From: Lepidodermella squamata
Taxonomy: Eukaryota; Animalia; Gastrotricha
Reading direction: 5' to 3'
Assembly: GCA_047495785.1 (NCBI GenBank)
Contig: JBLDXI010000025.1
Location: forward strand, 372,001-436,000
Length of the DNA: 64,000 nucleotides
Under the pieces are notes generated by a model that ran no database searches, was not told the origin of the DNA, and saw nothing but the letters and a program-made list of their open reading frames with translations. Positions 22,980 to 32,776 of this stretch are shown in pieces. Made by a program: the position numbers and the translations under genes. How positions within the stretch are numbered: the first letter of the stretch is position 1; each line of letters starts with the position of its first letter.

Positions 22980-24462
22980 TCATTGACTGGTTGTTGCTGC
23001 TAGAGCGCAGGTCGTAGACCTCATCCGCCAGATCAGCCACGGACGACTCGAACTTCTCACGCCAGCCATCCTGTTTGGCGCGATCGGCTGCCACTGCATC
23101 CGAGAGGTGATGGAGCTGCAGCTGGATTTTTTGAAGAAGAGACGATATGCCGGCAACGGCCACACTAAGCTGAGCAGCCGAGTGCTGCCCTGAGACAGGC
23201 GCCGATGGGTGAGCAGGCGGCGGTGGCGGCGGCGTCGGTGCAGCAGTGCGAGCATAGCTGCGCCCGGGCGTCACAGGAGACGGCGGGCCTCGGCCGTGGT
23301 GAACACTGGCTGCCGCGGCGATCTTCTCACTCTTGGCACGGGCGTGTCGGGACGCGACTTCGGCCGACTGCGCAGCTTTGAAAGCAGGGCAGCCGCGCCA
23401 GGTACTGAAATGTCTCGGGGAGCCGCCTTCAGGGCAGTTGCAACAAAACGCTTGTTCGGGGGTAGCGCCGCAGCCCTCTGTGAGGTGCGCTTTGCCGCAG
23501 CGGCCACACGTGACGGAGAAGGCAGGGGGGCAGTCGATAGCGACGTGGCCATAACGACTACATTTGCGACACTTAGCGGGCAGCACGGGTGGCCGCATGG
23601 GGCGTACCTTTACGCGCCGGTTCAGCCACTGCATCCCATTGAGGCGGGCATCCTCATACGCCTCCTTCGTCTTGAATACGATGACACGAGTGGGTGGGCG
23701 GTGGGGGTCCTTCGCCGGCAGGTCGCGAACCTCTTCCACATAATCAAGGGGCAGATAGGCACGGATATCGGCAGCCGAATAGCAACCCGAGAGCCGAGAG
23801 GTCAAAACGCTGCGATTGTCCTTGTCAACCGCAGGAGGGAGCGGGCGACTAGGATCCGGTTCACTAGGACGGTGAACCCGATAGGCGCTGCCCTTGAAGG
23901 CGCCAGGGGGGAGTTCCTTCTTCAGCAATCGATCCGCGCCAGCAGGCGTAGAGCAGATGATCCGGAGGCCGCCGCTCCGCATGTCGACGGCAGAGTGATA
24001 TTCGAGCCAGGGTGCCACTCGCACAAGCTCGGGCTCAAGCTCGCATCGGCGCATGTTGGTGATGTTATCGATAATAACGACACGCTTACTGACGGGGTTA
24101 GCCGTGGCCGAGGCCGGGCGTGAGGCGAGCAGCGGTCGTGCAGAAGCCGGACCCGGCGGGGAAGCGGGCGGCGACGTTGCAGGAACCGGCGAAACGGTAG
24201 ACGACACAGGTAGGACCGGGAAGTCCGCCGTGGCATCCATCTTGTCGTGGGAGGAGGAGGGCGACGCGTTCGTGCTGCGGTTCTGCGAGAGCAGCGCCTG
24301 CACTTCGGCGATCGCATCGGCTGAAAGGCCGTTCACATTGAGCTTCTTCGGCAGCCTCGTGGAAGGCGGGGTTGGTACCGCCTTGTGCTTTTTCTTCGTA
24401 ACGCCGCCATCAGGCGGGCGACGCCGGCGGCGAGTAGATGCCGCAGATCCGGAGTCAGCCAT
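22939..24462 (-). CDS. LINE ORF1 nucleic-acid-binding (gag-like) protein, 507 aa
   Basis: Three zinc knuckles (CRKCSRYGHVAIDC, CGRCGKAHLTEGC, CCNC..H..WRGCP), an upstream RRM-like region and a C-terminal coiled-coil-like segment. Open frame. Confidence 0.85.
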   Translation of the reverse strand: MADSGSAASTRRRRRPPDGGVTKKKHKAVPTPPSTRLPKKLNVNGLSADAIAEVQALLSQNRSTNASPSSSHDKMDATADFPVLPVSSTVSPVPATSPPASPPGPASARPLLASRPASATANPVSKRVVIIDNITNMRRCELEPELVRVAPWLEYHSAVDMRSGGLRIICSTPAGADRLLKKELPPGAFKGSAYRVHRPSEPDPSRPLPPAVDKDNRSVLTSRLSGCYSAADIRAYLPLDYVEEVRDLPAKDPHRPPTRVIVFKTKEAYEDARLNGMQWLNRRVKVRPMRPPVLPAKCRKCSRYGHVAIDCPPAFSVTCGRCGKAHLTEGCGATPEQAFCCNCPEGGSPRHFSTWRGCPAFKAAQSAEVASRHARAKSEKIAAAASVHHGRGPPSPVTPGRSYARTAAPTPPPPPPAHPSAPVSGQHSAAQLSVAVAGISSLLQKIQLQLHHLSDAVAADRAKQDGWREKFESSVADLADEVYDLRSSSNNQSMSVDRDRYRYDDDN

Positions 24463-24900
24463 GAAATAAGGTGTCGCTGCAGATAACAGACGATCACCGA
24501 CAACAAAATATAAATTAATAACACAACCTCAGAAAAATTAATATTCAATCGCAGATATTTTTCCCGTCATTTCCCGTCAAGAACAACCTAAAACATGTTT
24601 CATTTTTCTCATCTCGAACTTTTACATCATACCCTCCTCTTCTGTGGAAAGCATTCACGGTGTGGTTGATAATCGAGGAAGATGCCGAGGAGAATGAACA
24701 AAATGAAAACGATCTCCACGAAGAGGAAATTTGACTGTTTTTCATTTTTAAACTCATTTCCAAATTCATTTTAATCTCATGATGATAGATTCAAATAAAT
24801 AATACCACAGCCTACAATTGTACCTCGCCTGTAATAAACCCTCACTTTTTTCTTGGTTTGAACTATAAAAACACGGCACCCAATTTCGGTTTTTACGGTA

Positions 24901-25160
24901 ACTCCTTCACATTTGTTTGAATGACCGTGCGTTCGAACAGCGATGTCGTGTGCCCATAGTTTTATCGTCTATTCTCGAAAAGCACCCTCGTGTGTATGCT
25001 GACAATTCCATTCGCTTCGTCCTGCCCCCACGCGAGGGCGTTGAAAGCATTCGCTTCTCTCCTCCGCCTCCAGTCAAATTGCCCGTATTCCTACTCCATT
25101 CTACCCTACTCCATTCCTACTCCATTCTACAGTCTGCCGTCGGGCCCTTCCCCTGATCTA
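24901..25160 (+). mobile_element. Degraded LINE ORF2 C-terminus (right part of older copy)
   Basis: EQRCRVP..YADNSIRFVLPPREGVESIRFSPPPPVKLPVFLLH..GPSP aligns with ERRCRLP..YAENACRYVLPLREQIESVRLRPPTTMKSPVVVLH..GPLP. Confidence 0.75.
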
Positions 25161-25357
25161 GCGTCTAGCGTGATTAGGCTGCTCTCGATCCTTACCATGT
25201 GCTGTTCAGCTTTTCTCCACTCCCGCGTTTCTCAGTCCCGTGCTTTACTTACTCTGCTCGTTTCTCGTTTACCTCGTCTCGACATGAAAACCCCGGCACA
25301 AAGGATTTTCGGATCAAAATTATATTCTCAATGTCCAACTATCTGGGTTCCCCGATA

Positions 25358-25540
25358 TCGCAGGGTGGGCGACAGAACGACCTGACTAAAATAGAAACAA
25401 ATGGCGTAATGCTTTTGGCGCATAGAAAAAACTGGCGCTCAGTTTTTTCCGGCACGCGACTAACTTGGTGAAGATGCAAAAAATAGTTTTACGCCATTTG
25501 TTTCTATTTTAGTCAGGTCGTTCTGTCGCCCACCCTGCGA
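25358..25540. mobile_element. Small TA-flanked MITE
   Basis: 55-bp perfect inverted arms 25355-25409 and 25489-25543 (including the flanking TA). Confidence 0.8.
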
Positions 25541-25990
25541 TATATGAAGTGAATGAAAAGGCAACTCTTGGATAAACGATGATCGTTATAGATTCCGCCA
25601 CATTTTAAACCGGAAAAGCTACATAACCTTTTCTTGTGAAAGACGTCTTTTTAAATAAACTTATATAGTTTGTTTAGAAAAAGCTTAATAAACTTAATAG
25701 CTATATTGTAAAGTTAGGAATGGATAAAGGTCAGTTGGGTGCGAAAGTAAACATAGAGTTGGCATCAAGTAGTTCAGGCTTATAGCTAGCATAATGACAT
25801 ACATGCGCGCATGCCCACACGAATACAGGGTAGTTAATTTAGCAGCTTTTTTCTTTTTTTTCACTTTTTCCACTGCCACCAGTTGACGATAATTGACTGC
25901 GCATTTGCGTCAAAATCGGCACTGCTCATGGAAAAATTCCTTTTGAAACATGATCATAGGGATGTTAGAAAGAAGCGCCTTCTTTGTTGG

Positions 25991-26098
25991 ACGGATCTCG
26001 CAGTATATTTTTGACAGTTGAATTCAACTGTCAAAAATATACTGCGAGATCCGTACTGAGAACTCTTTAACACTTAAGTGTTAAAGAGTTCCCAGTAC
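25991..26098. repeat. Two abutting spacerless palindromes (64 bp perfect; 46 bp with 1 mismatch)
   Basis: 25991-26054 centred on GAATTC; 26053-26098 centred on CTTAAG. Confidence 0.9.
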
Positions 26099-26127
26099 GA
26101 TGTTTATAACATTTCTGGTTTTTTCAG

Positions 26128-26577
26128 CATCAAAGGGGAACTTTTAATAAAGCCGCAACCTCGTTCAACGTTTACGTTGACATATGCTCTACGAACTGTA
26201 TCAGAATTAACAGACTTGCTGTTTCAAACAGGCCCGGCGGGGCAATACAGCAACTTTGAAGCCTGCTGCCAGAGCTTGGTGTCCGATCCGTCTGCTGTCA
26301 ATCCTGTGATCAAGTACACTCTCAAAGACCCTCTCAAAAAGCGGCAAAGGCATTACGATATGTTCTCACACCCGCATCCACAGCGTTATGAGTGGCACGT
26401 CTACCACGTTATGAGTGCCACGACGTGCCCAGCTTCATACCTTCAGGTTACGCTGTTTTGTTCCCTCACGATTCGTTCGTAGAATGCTGCCAGGCTATTG
26501 CTGCTACGAAGATGGCAATGGTGTCGCTCGGCTTCTCTGGCGGCACTGAAGTCAAGGTGACCCGGTGCCAGAATTAA
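26128..26577 (+). pseudogene. Remnant of exons 2-3 of a P1-like Cys-repeat gene
   Basis: tttcag|HQRGTFN.., TGPAGQYSNFEACCQSLVSDP, GKGITICS, CHDVPSFIPSG and DSFVECC in shifting frames. Exon 1 is absent and intron 2 is mostly deleted. Confidence 0.85.
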
Positions 26578-27795
26578 CGTAATTCATTTTAACAAAGCGG
26601 AAGCATTTCATACCGCTCAGTATCATTGAACTCATCCCGGTGAAAGGGCAGAAAAATGAAAAATCCTTAATTTTTTCTTTTGAAAGGACAGCTTTCAGCA
26701 GTTTTCTATTAATACTATAGCTGCAATAACAATAGATCCCGTTTGCCTTTGGTGATACTTTGATGATAGTAAACCGCTTTTGCGTAATTCACTGTCAACT
26801 TGAGTGTTGACTCGCGTGTTGAATAAAAATCGCAGTCAGCTTAACCCTTCCACGGCGGAAAGGAATGTTGGCTTTGCAAATTCATAATTCCGTTCATTTT
26901 TCCTAATCTTAGTGAGGAACCTATAAGGCACAGCACAATATGACTATTTGCAGCACAGCGGCGCAAATGGTAGCACAAATTAAATCCACATTGTAGCACA
27001 GTTTTCGCATTTTGTATCACACCTTAATTTTACTAAAATTCAACAAAAAATCGGTTATTTATGAATTTTTGCAATTACAACTGCCATGATTGGTGCCGAG
27101 CGAAGTCTGGCTACGACCGCCGCTGCTATTGCAGCTCACAGCCATGGCGGTTAAAGGCTGAACCTGTGGTGCCACGCGGCAAGCGTTGGTTCTGCTTCGC
27201 AGTCGGAACGCGTGTTCCGCTACATTGGCGTGCGAGGAACCCAGTTGCCATCTCGGTATTGTCGGCATTGCCGATGTAGGAAAACATTCAGTGGCTGCCC
27301 AATTTTTATCAGCCATCGATCACCGTTCATGGCATTGACTGAGCCACCCCATTCAACGGTGAGAAGATATAAAACTGGTGGTGTTTCGGGGCCATGCTTC
27401 GAGTTAGAAGTTATTGTGATTCGAAGTCGGCATTCGGAATCAAATTCGGTGAAATATCGCTTGCTACGCGCGCCAATGTGCTACATATCGTCGCAGGTGT
27501 GCTGCCGAGCCTCATTTTGAGCCAGTGGAGCCAGTGAATCCACAATTATCTGATTGGTCGGTTGCATTGAAGGCTGTGATTGGTTGGTTCAAAAAGCACG
27601 CGACGCGCACCATTCAATCTGTCTGCGATTGCGTTTCCCATGATATGGAAGCTTGGATTCCACTAAGAAGGCAGGTTCGTGGCACAGTGGACGAACCGTC
27701 TGATCAAGTATCAGAAGATTCCAGCTTCGCCTCTTGGCAGGTTCGTTATACCAGTAAGGAAACCCTTAAATGCAGCAGTACACTGCTCAGTGTCA

Positions 27796-27868
27796 GCCCG
27801 GTTAGCTCAGTCGGTGGAGCATGGGACTGTTAATCCCAGGATCGTGGGTTCGAGCCCCACAATGTACG
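27796..27868 (+). pseudogene. tRNA pseudogene or tRNA-derived SINE head: tRNA-Lys(CTT)-type body with GTT (Asn) anticodon
   Basis: gcccggttagctcagtcggtggagcatgggactGTTaatcccaggatcgtgggttcgagccccac. D, anticodon and T arms pair; the acceptor stem has 3 mismatches. Confidence 0.8.
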
Positions 27869-29410
27869 GTTGTACATTGTACCTTGGGGGTTATTTTCGA
27901 AGCCATCTTTATCGATGGAATTAACTTTAGCCCATAATGTCTACCTTATCGCCAAGAAATAAAGTCAACTTTATGACCGGTATGCTTTTTGAACATAAAG
28001 TCAACTTTACTTCACTAAAGTCGGCTTTATCTAGCGAACGTAAATGTACTACCTGCCTCGACCTAATCGCCTTGAAGTCGACTTTAACGGCCGATTTTTG
28101 TCCGAAATCGAGCGTTTTAACCTCAAAAACCCTTGTTTACCTAATTGTATAGGAATCATGGCAATAACAGAGTCTGGAAAAACCAGGTCACGGCTAACGA
28201 TGAGCGATTTGAAACTGGCGCTTAGCTTTTTGCGAGATGAAGCCAGCTTTATCGATAGATTTGATTTTATCATAAAGACAAATGAACAAATGAACAAGGC
28301 CTAAAACACGAGTTACCGACAGAGAAGATTAACTTTTTTTTCGACACATCAGGCAGTTTTCACAGGCAACGGCGATGTATTTTCTTGAGCGCTTCTAATA
28401 ACGTGTGTATGCCACTTAGGGCTATGTTTTAAGCCTATCCGCGACTCAACCGAGTTCAAGGTCATTGCAGGGTGGGTCGAAAATAGGGCCGTCACCGACG
28501 GAGAAAAATGTTTTTGCTGTTTTTCGCATTTTTTTTCCAACTAAATTTCCTAATCAGATTTGGGTTTAAAAGATTATTTATGAATTTTAAAACTTCCGCA
28601 CAGGTTCAAGGAATAAAAAAACATAAACAAAGTGACGAGTTTATTTCAAATTAGGCCAGGGAGGTACAAAAACTGCGTCACCGACGGAGGAGGCAAAATG
28701 TCACCGATAGAGGTTTTAAAAAGACATTTTCAAATTGATTTTTTTCGCCATATTTACTAGTAATGACCACATAACAACTCGAGAATCAATACATAGGAGT
28801 ATAAAGGTCTGCGCACATACTCGTATGAAAAAATGTGTATGTGATTTGTAATAAGTTTTTTGCCGGGGTCGTATGTGTTGGCGAAAAAAAATCGCATACA
28901 GACCCGTTCACAAACTGATTTCTTTTCTCCCTGTATGTGATTTTTTTCTGGCCGAAGAGGCCACTGAAAAAAATGACCAACTTCGATGGGGCTCGAACCC
29001 CGTCCGCCCGTTGAACAGGCCGGTGAATAGCAACTGCACTATGTTGCCATCATATTTGTGCAACGACTATAACTGCAAATGTCACGATATTTCGACGAAG
29101 CGTTCATTTAATTAAAACTTGTAAATGCTTCGAATTATTACAAAGTAAGCCCTTACAATTCTTTAAAAATTTTTTTATTTAATGACACATCGATAGGTAA
29201 TTTACCTTACTCGATACGCTCATTATCTTTTAACCCCATATTGCGTCTCAAACCGAACATCAGCGTTTTATTCGATAGGGTACAAATTCCTGTTTTATTT
29301 TATCACTCACATTTATCATATAAATTCAAAATTCACGTTTGCGAGGATTAAAGTATTTCGTATTTATCAAAATATTATCAGGTAGCTTTTTCGTTATCGT
29401 TCATTCGATC

Positions 29411-30674
29411 TTAAACCCAGTTGATGCGACCTTCATTGTGGAAAAAGTCGAAAAGAAGCGTTCTCATCTGGTGGCCATCAAGTAAATCTGGAGCGGGGTC
29501 TGGCCGGTGAAAGTCGACAGGTTGGTTATCGATTGCCAAGTCAGGATACGTCTTCGACAAATTATAACAGCAAACCATTGAATATGTCAAGTCAGCCGCA
29601 ACTTTTGGCGCTAAATGAATCGGTCCAGATAGCCTCGGACATTCCTGGACTAGTCCTCCAAAAGCATTTTCGACGGAATGACGTCCACGCGAGATTCTTG
29701 CGTTAAACATGTCTTTACCTTCGGTGTCAAAAATATCCGAATCCGAATTTCTGTTCGAAAAGGGCGTCATGATCTGTTCGTCGTTCTCAAAGGCATTGTC
29801 GGCAACAATATAAAAATTGCAAAGATTGCCGTTACCTTCAGGTAACGGAAATTGCCAATCTGGTAAACGATTTTTAACACTTCTCGCCAGCCCTGAGACC
29901 CGCCACACACAACCATCAGATAGCCGTCCTGGAGCCCCGATGGCAACTGCTCGAAACTTTCTGTCAGCATCAACAACAGCCATAAGTACAATGCTGCAAT
30001 AGCCCTGTAAAAAAATCAGATTAAATAGTGTCATGTATCACAGTGTCCCATGTTACCTACGGTAATAGCTATGGTCTTACCTTATAATTGAAAAAGATCG
30101 AGCCACTACCAGGTGGCTTTACAATTGCCACGTGTTTGCCGTCTACAGCAGCACAACAGCCGGGTAGTTGCCACAGTTCTCGAAAGCGGGCTTCCATAGA
30201 TACTAGGTCTTTTGTAGTTAGAGGCGGCATAACAATTGGCGCCAAGAAGCGATGTATTAACGGAGCCATGTCTCGGATTAACATTGAAGCTGTAGAATGC
30301 CCGATTTTCCAACTATTAGCCATTTTCTTCAAACTATCGCCGCCTCCCATGTATGAAAGGCAGAACGCAAGTCGAAAATCGCTGCTCAAAGGGCGACGGC
30401 CTAGCCTGAATCTTTTGAAATGGGGCTTTATTAAATTGTGCAGCCATTCGAACTGATCAATGTTCATTCGCACCTCGTCACGAAACGTTTTGGGGTCTTC
30501 ATGGCGAGCACGCAGTAACGCTGTGGTGAAGTGACCACTCTGATCGCGAGACCTGAGGTACGGCCTTATGCCGTAGCGGCGCGGGGACCCGCTCCTGAAG
30601 CTATTTCCAACCACAAAGGTCGCAGCAACAGTGATTGTGACCAGTCTGATGGTTTCAAGGTCAATGTTATTCAT
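29411..30674 (-). CDS. Harbinger (HARBI1-like) DDE transposase (~395 aa)
   Basis: Exons 30674-30081 and 30004-29411 (76-nt intron). Motifs VRMNIDQFEWL, AVDGKH, FFNYK|GYCSIVLMAVVDA, SDG, ADNAF, FNARISRGRHSVENAFG. Confidence 0.92.
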
Positions 30675-30821
30675 TGTTGAGCATCTACAACGCCAGAAAA
30701 ATATCGAAAAAAGTATAAGTTAACACTGACAGAGCATCTTTATTTGCAAAACTACGGCTTCTTTCCCTAGCAAATGACTATAATCACATCACACAGCCAT
30801 ACGCGTAGTATCTTTGGTGAA

Positions 30822-31680
30822 CTACGCGCGCTTGGACTCCCGTATGCGCCTTCTCGCTCGCAGAATTGCCTCGTCCACTTCAATTTTAAGGTCAAAAGCA
30901 GTTTCCGGGTCAGCTTCCTTCAAAACGTCGTTCAAGTACTTGCAAATAGGGTCATAATCAATCGATGAAGATTCGGAAGTGGACGATCTATTTGAAACCA
31001 ATCCAGCCATGACACTCTGTGCTACCTTGGTAGTTTGCTCAATCCAGTCGTCACAACTATCAGCTTTCGCTTTCTTGGATTTGACGTCGATGCCCGCCCC
31101 GCGCGCTGGAGCCTTCGTAGAGTCTTGTTTCTTGGTAATTTGTTTCGATGTCGATGGGGCAAATTCTTTAAATTCATCGTCGTCGCCAAGATCTGCGTCG
31201 GATAGGTCCATCCACGATGCGTTGCTGTCGTTATCCATGTTGCCAATGTTGGCACTAATCAACCTAGGAACAAAAGCTCACAATATAGGCGTAAAAAGTG
31301 AATAAAACATATATATATATAAACATGTCTCGCTTTAGAACTTCATCAAGAAAGGATATGGCTTTCGCGTGTTTCCACTCCTTCCGCTTGGTTTGAACTT
31401 TAACTTCAATTCCTTCGTCGGAACCCTGGCCACTTTTTCCTTTCTTCTTTTCTGAAGCTTGCTGCCTTTGGAAGTGGTAATTTTTGAGACCAATCCACTT
31501 TTTTTTAGCGAAATCCCCGCTAGGTAAATTCAATTCATCGGCTATTTCCTGCCACGCCGAATCAACGACTCGCATATTAGCGTGTAATTGTTCTTTTGGA
31601 TCCCAAAGGAATTTTTTCTCGCCAACTAGATTTATCAGGGCTGCCTGAATGGTGTCCGATAATTTTTGATTTTTACTCAT
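30822..31680 (-). CDS. Harbinger MADF/Myb-SANT DNA-binding protein (~265 aa)
   Basis: Exons 31680-31325 and 31263-30822 (61-nt intron). LINLV..KKFLWD..AWQEIADEL..KKKWIGLK three-Trp pattern; helical C-terminus. Confidence 0.85.
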
Positions 31681-32402
31681 TTCTGTTTTGAAAAATTGAT
31701 CGTGCGTTAAAATTATGTCTACAAAATATATTAACATAAAATTCAATTATTCGGCTAGAAAATTGGACTTCAAGCTCAAGATTGGCAAAAGATAACAATA
31801 AAATAAAATAAAATTAGGGAGAAGTATAAGTATTTTTATTTATCAGGTGAGGGTATAGGTATGAACATCGGAATAAATTGATCATAAGTTTGAATTAAAT
31901 CAAGACAACTAAGCTTTAAATGATTGAGCTATTATATTTGTTGCTCAGTGATTTAATACTATTAGTGGAAATCGTTGTCCTCGACCTCGATAAATATCGA
32001 CCTTCGCCCGAGAGAAAAATTATTACCCCGACTGTCGCATCAAATATCGTATGAGTGATAACGCACTGACCTTTTTATTACTACTCATTCATTTTTTTTA
32101 ACAAGGCCGCGTTAATTTGACCATATATTTCAGTGGCAGCTTTGTCAAATCGATGTGTTTGTCAAAGTTCAGCGCAGCTATCCGGGTTCGTCTCCAAGCG
32201 CCGCCATCCCTTTTTTCAGTGGCCTCTTCGGCCAGAAAAAAAAATCACATACAAGGAGAAAAGAAATCAGTTTGTGAACGGGGGCTGTATGCTTTTTGCT
32301 GTATGTGTATGTGTTTACTCGCCTGCGTATGAGAAAAAAAAAGAAACGAGTTTGTGGGAAGGCCTTAAGGAGGGGAAAAAAGCAGTGACAGCAAAATAAT
32401 TG

Positions 32403-32770
32403 TTAGTCCTGACATTCCGAGCAGATGAACTTTGAGTTGGCCTTTCGAGAGCAGATAAAGCAGAACCATTCGAAGCACCAGCTGCAAAGGCCCCATTCCT
32501 GACCTTCCTTCGATTGTTTTTTCCATTCCGACCAGCTTATGTCGCACCTGGCACATTTACTTTTCAGATAGGTCAGCGGTTCTTGGTCAGATTCGTCAGA
32601 TGATGAATCGTCGAATGAATCGTCGACTTTCGATGCAGTTGCTGATCTTTTCGCTGAAGCAGTTGCTGGTTTTTTAGATGCAGTAGTTGCCGGTCTTTTA
32701 GCTGCAGCAGTTGCCGGTCTTTTAGCTGCAGCAGTTGCCGGTCTTTTCACTGAACCAGCTCGCGAAATAG
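32403..32770 (-). pseudogene. C-terminal fragment with KRPATAAA repeats and a PHD-like Cys cluster, probably a DNA-transposon protein remnant
   Basis: CARC..EWGLCSWCFEWFCFIC..FICSEC*. 24-bp tandem repeats. No start codon; cut upstream by the RTE element. Confidence 0.5.
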
Positions 32771-32776
32771 GAGGGT

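Larger units (their letters stand above)
19729..24540 (-). mobile_element. Near full-length non-LTR retrotransposon (Jockey/I-group-like), ORF2 frameshifted; ends approximate
   Basis: Overlapping ORF1 (gag-like) and ORF2 (APE endonuclease + RT). Pyrimidine-rich 3' UTR ending near AATAAA at ~19730. No TSD identified. Confidence 0.88.
19456..24898. mobile_element. TA-target (Tc1/mariner-pogo-type) MITE of ~0.6 kb carrying a nested LINE
   Basis: 21-bp perfect TIR ccgtaaaaaccgaaattgggt (19456-19476 and 24878-24898), with TA on both sides. Confidence 0.8.
28805..32365 (-). mobile_element. PIF/Harbinger DNA transposon, apparently complete (3561 bp)
   Basis: TAA TSD (28802-28804 and 32366-32368). 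Imperfect TIRs aggtctgcgcacatactcgt / acgagtttgtgggaaggcct. Subterminal inverted repeat of ~80 bp (28895-28973 and 32211-32292). Contains transposase and MADF genes. Confidence 0.92.

Noticed and set aside
26128-26577. Processed (retro) pseudogene
   Set aside because: The exon-2 acceptor and a mutated intron-2 acceptor (tttcaa) remain, so intron loss is better explained by deletion.
28984-29001. Reverse B-box-like ggggctcgaacccc
   Set aside because: No cloverleaf or A box; it lies inside the Harbinger end.
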